DNA of 64,000 bases from Eledone cirrhosa (lineage: Eukaryota), in contig OZ024747.1 in NCBI GenBank assembly GCA_964016885.1, forward strand, positions 12,710,001-12,774,000. The letters run 5' to 3'. The position numbers and the translations under genes were made by a program. Below the pieces are notes generated by a model. That model saw nothing but the letters and a program-made list of their open reading frames with translations, did no database searches and was not told where the DNA came from. Below, piece by piece: positions 34,233-64,000 of the stretch (the stretch's first letter is position 1; every line of letters starts with the position of its first letter).

Positions 34233-34950
34233 ATAGGAACGAGTAGGACCCGGACGGCTGAGCTCAAACCGTTTCGACGGCTAATTCTGGACTAATATTT
34301 TAGTCCAGAATTAGCCGTCGGGGTCCTACTCGTTCCTATTCCTAAGTATTGAGTACTTTGGTGCGTTATGGTTCACCTGGTTCCTTACCACATTTCCTTC
34401 GTTTTATATATATATATATATAAATTAATAAAAACAAAGAACAGGTTTCTTATATTGAAAAATTCATCATTTTACGATCGTTTCTGGGATATATATGTGT
34501 ATTGGTATGTATATCATATTAAAGATCTATGTAAACAAATTTACAAATTATCAGAGGAAATATACATACCCACACATATACATGCCATCTTCAGAAATGA
34601 TCATAAAACATATTCTGATTATGTGAATGTATCCATTTATTAATATTTTGAATAATATATATATATATGTGTGTGTGTGTAGATATGTTTATCCCGTGTT
34701 TAATCGGGGGTAACCACAGTAAGGTACTCAATACATAGCAGAGTAAAAATATTTAATGAAACAGTTCTAGTCCTGTAGAAGCCATTTCTATATTAAGTAT
34801 ATGTATATATATAAATATAACGAAGGAAGTGTGGTAAGGAACCAGGTCGACCATAACGCACCAGAGTACTCGATACTTAGGGTGTTGATGCCGTAAATCA
34901 TGGCAGTACTCAATGTAGTATAGAGAGAGGCCTCTCTAATTCTGACTATA
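34233..34950. mobile_element. (TA)n-embedded inverted repeat fragments, probably Penelope-like pLTR pieces
   Basis: Three-way fold at 34233-34339; 34341-34408 is inverted at 34816-34881; 34698-34780 is repeated at 36202-36270. Confidence 0.45.
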
Positions 34951-35429
34951 ATATATATATAAAACTCTAGCTTTAATAAAATGAATATATATATATGTGT
35001 GTGTGTGATATATATATAAACAGTGATATGTTGAGTGTTAAAAAGCTTTACTGCTTTTTATTTTTGTTGTTGATTGTTAAACAACCATTGAGATCATAGA
35101 ATAGATATGTGTGTATAATATTAAAGTTTTGACGATTATTTAAGTATAATAAAAATAAAGATTGTTGGGAAAAATGGAATCAATTCTTAACTAGGTTAAA
35201 TAAATATCTCGTCATATTTTAATTAAAAGAATTACGTAAAATGAAAGCTTCTTTCCTATCGAAAAGATCAGCAGTAACGCTACATTTCCGGAAACATTAA
35301 TAATAAATTTTAATGTCTTACAAAATAAATTATTTTTCATTAGCGTAATATCATAAAAAATAATTAATGTTGTTAAGTCATTAAATTAATGTTATTTAAC
35401 CTTTTAATTTAATTTAATTATTAAACAAC

Positions 35430-35553
35430 TACCACGGTGAAAGCCGTGGAACTGTATGTGTAAACCCCGAATTGGAATATGTATATAAAGCGGAGAGCCG
35501 AGCCGTTCATTCAAGCTGCAGCGGAGTTGAAGGTTGCGCCATTTTAAATCAAG

Positions 35554-35560
<7 letters not shown>
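35430..35560 (+). promoter_or_regulatory. RPB1 core promoter
   Basis: TATATAAAG at 35482-35490, Inr-like TCATTC at 35507-35512, and YY1-type motifs GCGCCATTTT (35536) and CAAGATGGC overlapping the ATG; CpG-retaining. Confidence 0.6.
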
Positions 35561-55878
<20,318 letters not shown>

Positions 55879-57870
55879 GCTTACCAAGAACTAGAACCAA
55901 CAGATACTATAGAAAAGCACCACACACGCGCGTGCGCACACACACACATACACACACACACACAGAGCTAAAAACAAACCAATACACAAACATGCCTGCT
56001 TCATACTGATCATTCATACCTGTTTGTGTGTGTGTGTATATATTATATATATATACACATATACATATACACACACACATACATACATATATAAATTACC
56101 ATGCTGCCTTTTCTGTAGGCTGGTTTTTATATTTATCTATTGATACTAATCAATGAATACACTGAAATATAGTTGTCAAGTTTTTTTGTTTTTTTTTTTA
56201 AGTTTTTATTTGAAATAATTAGATAAAAAAAAAAAAAGAGAAATAGAAAAGTAAAAAAAGAAAACCCTGCAAGAATTGTTTTTCAAATATTTCAGAATAT
56301 CTGGACGTTAATTAAAATCTATTGTAGCTAAACTATTTTCTATAAAAACTCATTCATTTTTGACTTTATCAAAAATCCTTACATATTTCACATTTTTAAA
56401 CTACAGTGGAAGGTTGATTAAGGTTAAGAGTTAAAACAACAACAAAAAAAGACAAAAACAAAATACTACTCTAAAATAAACTAAACATTTGTTGCTATTT
56501 TTTTTATGTTTATATAAATATATATATTTTTGTGTTCCTGCTTGTTTCAGTCTACTTACCTGAAAGTTGATACCAATCTTGTACTCCATAGCTGAGTATT
56601 TGTTAGCAAGGAACATATATAAAACTATAGTTTGCTCTAACAATAATTCATTTTTAAATATCCAAATTTATAAAAGCCATCTTTCTCATTAGCTTGCATG
56701 TAAAAAGAAATGCAAGTAAGCATACACAACGAAGAAATTCTTTAGCATATTTTTTCCTGTTACCATTTTAATGTTTGGTGGATGGCAGAATTGATAGAGA
56801 GCACTACACAAAAATATGCCTTGTGGGATTTGTCTTTTTACATAAGTTCAAATCCTGATGAGGTCAACTTTGTCTTTCACCCTTAGGGTTCGATAATATA
56901 AGTACTTGTTAAACTGTTATCTTCCCCCAAATTCATAATGTTGTGCCTAAATTAGTAACCATTATAACGTCTTGTATTGGGTTGGCAGAATTGGTAGAGC
57001 ATCCAACAAAATACCTTGCAGTATTTTTTCCATGTCTTTACATTCTAATATCAAATTCTGCCAAGGTCTACTTTGCCTTTCATCCTTCTAGGTTTGATAA
57101 AATAAGTACCACTCCATTACCGGGGTTGATATAATCAACTTTTGTTTTTCCTTAGGCCTTGTCTAATTTCGAAACCATTATTATTATTATTATTAACTTC
57201 TGGCAAACAACTCAATTTTGATCCCCCAATTAAAAACTATTCCACTTCCACACTGCTAATGAACATCACAGAATCCCTTTTCTTTTCTCTTGTATCTCTC
57301 ACCCCTGAGACCTTGTACCATCTAACTAAACCTGTCCTGCCACTTCATCTTGACTGTATCAGAACTGTAGCAGCAGTAGGTTCTATAAAAAATTGTATAT
57401 AGCTGACAACAAAACAAAATAGTAATGGTTGGTTTTTTGTTTTTGCATTTCTAATTTTTTTCCTTTTCTTTTTTTTTTTTGCTTACATATTTTTATTGAC
57501 TTTTGTGCTTTGTTATTTGATGTCCATTCCTCCATCTCTATTCCTGTTTCTATTGAACCCCTTGCCAATTTTACTTCATGCCTACAGTCTTAGTGCTTTG
57601 TCTTTAGCTGGTTGTCAATATGTTCTTCTAATCATTTATTTTTTTCATAGACCAATAATTTTTTTTGTATATATTTGAAAAAAAAAAGAAAATTCAATAA
57701 AAAATTAAAATTAAAAATTTATCTTGACTTATTTATTATGTATGTTTGTTAGTGTGACTGATATTTCATTATCATTTACAAAAACAATAGCTATAGTTAG
57801 CAATCTTAGGATTCCATTTAAGCCTAATGCACTTTTACATGTTTTTTATGGCTACAAACATCCAACTTTA

Positions 57871-58040
57871 TTTAAACCAGCCATATCTGGCCAGAATTCT
57901 CACCTCTTACTGTTCAAACGGCTGTAATCAGTTGCTCATACTTATGTTAAGGTATTGTTCTCAAAATAAATATCAAAATCTCATATAATTATGTGAGTTA
58001 AAGCCTTTACAGTAAAAATATAATAGTAAATATAGAGTAA
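57871..58040 (+). mobile_element. piggyBac-type MITE copy 7 (left end lost)
   Basis: Body and right TIR aaatgctaaagggttaa match the family. Confidence 0.75.
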
Positions 58041-58420
58041 TGTAAATGCTAAAGGGTTAAAGAAGTATTCTACAGACACGCATACATATGTGTACATGTA
58101 TTCTGTATGTCATATAAGAAATATAGGGAAAACGCAATCCCTAAATTGCTAATTAATATATATTAAAAAAAGTGTGTTGGATTAACGATCACATTTGTGA
58201 TACACCCTTGACACCATATCCATGTTACCTCCAGCCTGTCTTATTGCTCTGCCTACCTCAAAGTAGACGGCTCTTCAGTTGAGTCAATGACTTGGTCTTC
58301 TTTCTAGCTTTGAGGATCAGAAATAACTGTTTCTACTTTCGGCACAAGGCCAGCAATTACCCAGTACATTACTGCAGAAATAACATGGCTTTTTGATATT
58401 TCAACAAGTCTCAACGATTT

Positions 58421-60505
58421 CTCCAGCTATCAACCCTAATAACAAGATACGAATCTCACACCACTCCAGCTATCCACCCTAATAACAAGATACGAATCTC
58501 ACACCCCTCCAGCTATCCACCCTAATAACAAGATACGAATCTCACCACTCCAGCTATCCACCCTAATAAGATACGAATCTCACACCACTCCAGCTATCCA
58601 CCCTAATAAGATACAAATCTCACACCACTCCAGCTATCCACCCTAATAAGATACGAATCTCACACCACTCCAGCTATCCACCCTAATAAGATACAAATCT
58701 CACACCACTCCAGCTATCCACCCTAATAAGATACGAATCTCACACCACTCCAGCTATCCACCCTAATAAGATACGAATCTCACACCACTCCAGCTATCCA
58801 CCCTAATAAGATACGAATCTCACACCACTCCAGCTATCCACCCTAATAAGATACGAATCTCACACCACTCCAGCTATCCACCCTAATAAGATACAAATCT
58901 CACACCACTCCAGCTATCCACCCTAATAAGATACGAATCTCACACCACTCCAGCTATCCACCCTAATAAGATACGAATCTCACACCACTCCAGCTATCCA
59001 CCCTAATAAGATACGAATCTCACACCACTCCAGCTATCCACCCTAATAAGATACGAATCTCACACCACTCCAGCTATCCACCCTAATAAGATACAAATCT
59101 CACACCACTCCAGCTATCCACCCTAATAAGATACGAATCTCACACCACTCCAGCTATCCACCCTAATAACAAGATACGAATCTCACACCACTCCAGCTAT
59201 CAACCCTAATAACAAGATACGAATCTCACACCACTCCAGCTATCCACCCTAATAACAAGATACGAATCTCACACCACTCCAGCTATCCACCCTAATAAGA
59301 TACGAATCTCACACCACTCCAGCTATCCACCCTAATAACAAGATACGAATCTCACACCACTCCAGCTATCCACCCTAATAACAAGATACGAATCTCACAC
59401 CACTCCAGCTATCCACCCTAATAAGATAGGAATCTCACACCACTCCAGCTATCCACCCTAATAACAAGATACGAATCTCACACCACTCCAGCTATCAACC
59501 CTAATAACAAGATACGAATCTCACACCACTCCAGCTATCCACCCTAATAACAAGATACGAATCTCACACCACTCCAGCTATCCACCCTAATAAGATACGA
59601 ATCTCACACCACTCCAGCTATCCACCCTAATAACAAGATACGAATCTCACACCACTCCAGCTATCCACCCTAATAACAAGATACGAATCTCACACCACTC
59701 CAGCTATCAACCCTAATAACAAGATACGAATCTCACACCACTCCAGCTATCCACCCTAATAAGATACGAATCTCACACCACTCCAGCTATCCACCCTAAT
59801 AACAAGATACAAATCTCACACCACTCCAGCTATCCACCCTAATAAGATACGAATCTCACACCACTCCAGCTATCCACCCTAATAAGATACGAATCTCACA
59901 TCACTCCAGCTATCCACCCTAATAACAAGATACGAATCTCACACCACTCCAGCTATCCACCCTAATAACAAGATACGAATCTCACACCACTCCAGCTATC
60001 CACCCTAATAACAAGATACGAATCTCACACCACTCCAGCTATCCACCCTAATAAAATACGAATCACTCTGACCTTCAGTTGTCCACCCTAATAAGATACG
60101 AACGCCTCACTCCTCCAGCTATCCATCATAATAAGATACGAATCTCACACCACTCCAGCTATCCACCCTAATAAGATACGAATCTCACACCACTCCAGCT
60201 ATCCACCCTAATAACAAGATACGAATCTCACACCACTCCAGCTATCCACCCTAATAACAAGATACGAATCTCACACCACTCCAGCTATCCACCTTAATAA
60301 CAAGATACGAATCTCACACCACTCCAGCTATCCACCCTAATAACAAGATACGAATCTCACACCACTCCAGCTATCCACCCTAATAACAAGATACGAATCT
60401 CACACCACTCCAGCTATCCACCCTAATAAAATACGAATCACTCTGACCTTCAGTTGTCCACCCTAATAAGATACGAACGCCTCACTCCTCCAGCTATCCA
60501 TCATA
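58421..60505. repeat. 40/43-bp minisatellite (~50 units)
   Basis: Unit ctccagctatccaccctaat(aac)aagatacgaatctcacacca; no spacers. Confidence 0.97.
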
Positions 60506-60506
60506 A

Positions 60507-60683
60507 AATGTTTCTACCTTTGGCCCAAGGCCAGCAATTATCCCAGTGTATTACTGGTACTTTATTTTATCGACCCCGTAAGGATGAAAGGTAAAGTTAA
60601 CCTCGAGGGGATTTTAGAATGGCAAGAGCCGTAGCTCTATGCGTCAAAGCATGGCGTCCGACACTACCGATACTGCCAATCCA
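60507..60683 (-). mobile_element. SINE family A
   Basis: Reverse-complement homology to 30594-30780. Partial copies also at 18522-18616, 44508-44572 and 58327-58375; older relatives at ~27555-27685 and ~56775-57140. Confidence 0.8.
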
Positions 60684-60719
60684 ATAATAATAATGAAATT
60701 ATTGTATACAGTGCTCAGA

Positions 60720-61030
60720 GCCGAACTCCCACCGTCATCTCCCCCATCTCTCTGTATAGTGAGCAAATGGGGTCCCACATGCTGGCCTCCCCACAGCCCT
60801 GGCGGACAGAATGGAGAAGGCGTTTTCCCGGAGGATGGTAAGGGAAGAGCCATTCCATCTCGCGAGGCTCACAACTGCGGCTGGCTAGCTCAGCGCCTAT
60901 GGTGGTGAGTAGGGAGGTAGCCATAGGGCCAAGGACACCAGAAGTCTCCACTGCCAAGGGTACGACCGCAAACCTGTCGGAGAGCGACCGGTACTGAGAG
61001 ATAGACGAATGTTTAGCGACAAAGCTGACC
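60720..61030 (-). mobile_element. CRE-clade non-LTR retrotransposon 3' fragment
   Basis: QYRSLSDRFAVVPLAVETSGVLGPMATSLLTTIGAELASRSCEPREMEWLF, homologous to 63800-64000. A shorter 3' piece lies at ~61195-61295. Confidence 0.75.
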
Positions 61031-61289
61031 AAAACTTCGAAGTCATTACTACTTTTCTCCTTAGAAAATATATTTCTACGCTCTACCCATGAGTATTTTT
61101 CTCTCATTAAGTTAATATTTGAATGTTTTAAATATAGTATGATGGTCATCTGTAGCCATCCAATACATACATAAGCGTGTGAAATATATACATATACACC
61201 AGGTCCGAACACAAAAGAAGCAAACTCTCCCTGTCAATATCTCCGTCTCTCCCGCTCTCCCTATTATGAGCAAATGGGGCCTACACGCT

Positions 61290-63140
61290 GACCACCAGCG
61301 TTCCATTGATGAAGTATTCTGTTTAGGTGGAGAAAGAATTCAGGAAAAAGAAAGCGACAAGTTTTATTACACTATGGAATGGACACCCGAAATCGTTGTC
61401 CCAGAAACATCAGCTTTAAAAAGTAGAACCCCTGGCGATATAGATGACAGAGAAAGACATTAACTATTGAAATTTTAAACAGATGATTAGCATCTATTTT
61501 TTTAGTATTGATTAGATTAATACTGAGAAAGGAGTAGTAACTACACAAAGCCAGAAGTCTCTTTGTTGATGTTTAGCATTGCTAGACGTCTGAAAATCAA
61601 CAAGGGACTTGAATCTTTCCGGTTGTAAGCAATTATTCCCCCCTGTGTATCTTACATAACAAATTAATGTTTGGCGAAAAATAGATTTGTTATCGTTAAA
61701 TGTAATGCTGCCTCTCTTAGCAACTGAAATAAATTCTGCTAAATTCTTATCGTGCTCATCGATAGTCTTGCCAACGGCAATAACATATCTAGATACGTGT
61801 GGACTCCTTTGATTTCATTGTTGGTAATCATACCTTCCACCACTCACGGCAATAGTTACACCAAAAAGAAACATTGTTCACTGAAATAATCTTCTGTTAG
61901 CTTGAAATGAAGTGCATACGAGTATCTCATCATCGTTATGGAGTGGAATCTGATGGTTGGTCGCTTTTTACATCCAGTTTGTTAAAACATTTATTGTAAG
62001 AACACAGAAGATCTCCAATATAATGTAGTTGATAGACAGACTCATGGTCTTCTATATAGCGTAGTTGATAGACAGACACATGATCTATATAACGTAGTTG
62101 AAAGACAGACTCATGGTCTTCTCTATAGCGTAGTTGACAGACAGACACATGATCTATATAACGTAGTTGATAGACAGACTCATGGTCTTCTATATAGCGT
62201 AGTTGATAGACAGACTCATGGTCTTCTATATAGTGTAGTTGATAGACAGACACATGATCTATATAACGTAGTTGATAGACAGACACGATCTATATAACGT
62301 AGTTGATAGACAGACTCATGGTCTTCTATATAGCGTAGTTGATAGACAGAATCATGGTCTTCTATATAGCGTAGTTGATAGACAGACACATGATCTATAT
62401 AACGTAGTTGATAGACAGACTCATGGTCTTCTATATAGCGTAGTTGATAGACAGACACATGATCTATATAACGTAGTTGATAGACAGACTCATGGTCTTC
62501 TATATAGCGTAGTTGATATACAGACACATGATCTATATAACGTAGTTGATAGACAGACTCATGGTCTTCTATATAGCGTAGTTGATAGACAGACACATGA
62601 TCTATATAACGTAGTTGATAGACAGACACATGATCTATATAACGTAGTTGATAGACAGACTCATGGTCTTCTATATAGCGTAGTTGATAGACAGACACAT
62701 GATCTATATAACGTAGTTGATAGACAGACACATGATCTATATAACGTAGTTGATAGACAGACTCATGGTCTTCTATATAACGTAGTTGATAGACAGACTC
62801 ATGGTGTTCTATATAGCGTAGTTGATAGACAGACACATGGTCTTCTATATAACGTAGTTGATAGACACGAGATGTTCAATATTACGTACTCTCGGGTCTT
62901 AAATAATAGGGGTGGGCTGAATATACGCTTCAATTCATAGATATGCCTCGGGCTGATTAATGGTATTGCTTTCTCAAAGCACCGGTGATAAAGCAACGCA
63001 AAAGATCAGCCTGTAACTTATCAATGAATTGAAACAGCAGCAGTAAGTTTTATTTCTTCGAGTGTTTTCTGTTCAACTATTAGCTGTCTGATGAGGTCAT
63101 AACTGTTGCATAACAGTTACCATCGAAAGCGATTGTAAAC
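61290..63140 (-). mobile_element. Decayed Ty3/Gypsy LTR-retrotransposon internal region (gag-like piece, RT, RNase H)
   Basis: Minus strand with frameshifts: KCFNKLDVKS..HQIPLHNDD..TSFQANRRLFQ*TMFLFGVT..KGVHTYLD..VGKTIDEHDKNL..ITFNDNKSIF..LLALCSYYS..KADVSGTTISGV..KLVAFF..ILSP..SSMER. Gag-like LIRQLIVEQKTL at ~63050-63095. Confidence 0.8.
62018..62868. repeat. 33/36-bp minisatellite (~25 units) inside the Gypsy RT
   Basis: Units gtagttgatagacagactcatggtcttctatatagc (36 bp) and gtagttgatagacagacacatgatctatataac (33 bp). Confidence 0.97.
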
Positions 63141-63159
63141 CCTCTGTGTTCAGAGAACG

Positions 63160-64000
63160 TGAGGCCGCCTGTGAGACGTGGGACCGGCTGGGACTTAGCC
63201 CAGTAGACGTCCCTCCTCCTTCTCCCTCTGTTGACGTCAAGTCCTCCCCAACGCACTTGGGATGCCATCCAGTGCAGCCTGGCCTCAGACAGGCTCACGC
63301 GCCAGCTCGACCAGCACCGCCTGCTTGTTTTCGTGCGGCCTCAAAACCCCACAGTGGTGCCTGGCTCCATGCTCTGCCCTCCTTCTCCACTGGCACGCAG
63401 CTAGACAACCATAGCCCGCGAATCGGCGTTTCCCTGAGGCTCGGCCTCCGGATCTGCCAGCCACACCAATGTCGCTGCGGTTCCACCGTGGACTCTTTCG
63501 GCCTCCACCCGCTTTCCTGTCGCCACAATGCCGGCCGCATTCCACGCCATACTGCCCTCAACGAGGTCATTAAGCATGGCTTGGACGCTGCAGGCTTCCC
63601 TTCCCAACTCGAGCCAGTGGGGCTGGATCGAGGGGACGGTAAAAGGCCAGATGGCATGACCATCTTCCCGCTCCGCGGTGGCAAACCCCTCGTCTGGGAT
63701 GCCACTTGCTCCGACACTTTCTGCAGCCGCAACCTGGTGCAGTCTGCGACTGACCCAGGTTCTGCTGCACGTCGGGCTGAGGGGGCCAAACTCCTCAAAT
63801 ACTGGTCGCTCTCCTACAGGTTTGCGGTCGTCCCCCTGGCACTGGCAGTGGAGACTTCTGGTGTCCTCAGCCCCAGGGCTACCTCCTTACTCACCACCAT
63901 AGGCGCTGAGCTGGCCAGCCGCAGGTGTGAGCCCCGCGAGTTGGAGAGGCTTTTCCAGCGCGCCTCCCAGTCTGTCCGCCGGGGCTGTGGGTGGGCCCCA
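63160..64000 (+). mobile_element. CRE-clade non-LTR retrotransposon, zinc knuckle plus restriction-like endonuclease (runs off the window)
   Basis: SGAWLHALPS..GTQLDN..RIGVSLRLG..CRCGSTVDSFGLHPLSC..RHTALNEVI..LEPVGLDRGDGKRPDGMT..GKPLVWDATCSDT..AEGAKLLKY..VETSGV..LFQR; sharply GC-rich compared with the host. Confidence 0.8.

Noticed and set aside
58421-62868. Regular arrays resembling CRISPR
   Set aside because: Units are contiguous with no unique spacers, there are no cas genes, and the context is eukaryotic.
61936-62940. Long repeat ORFs on both strands as real genes
   Set aside because: They result from 33/36-bp units; no splice or promoter context is evident.
63081-63140. CTGATGAG...hairpin...CGAAA hammerhead-like motif on the plus strand
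   Set aside because: Stems I and III do not form convincingly, and the opposite strand reads as Gypsy gag-like LIRQLIVEQKTL, which would explain the CTGATGAG by chance.

Overview
AT-rich, intron-rich eukaryotic DNA. The SINE, MITE and (TA)n repeat content looks like an octopod cephalopod; this is inferred from repeat style, not from a search. Three complete spliced genes were reconstructed by hand, each with GT-AG junctions and a continuous reading frame: mitochondrial ATP synthase beta (minus strand, 10 coding exons, 529 aa), DNAJC1/ERdj1 (plus strand, head-to-head with it, 10 exons, 526 aa), and RNA polymerase II largest subunit RPB1 (plus strand, 26 exons, 1939 aa, about 47 CTD heptads). 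Introns and intergenic DNA hold tRNA-type SINEs, CR1 3' ends, a mariner transposase fossil, mariner- and piggyBac-type MITEs, and (TA)n-embedded fragments with hammerhead-ribozyme-like folds and fold-back inversions. The last 6 kb is nested repeat DNA: a 40/43-bp minisatellite, GC-rich CRE-type retrotransposon pieces in inverted orientation, and a decayed Ty3/Gypsy element whose RT coding sequence appears to have spawned a 33/36-bp minisatellite. I found no clearly novel protein system. The best leads are RNA-structure and mobile-element phenomena.
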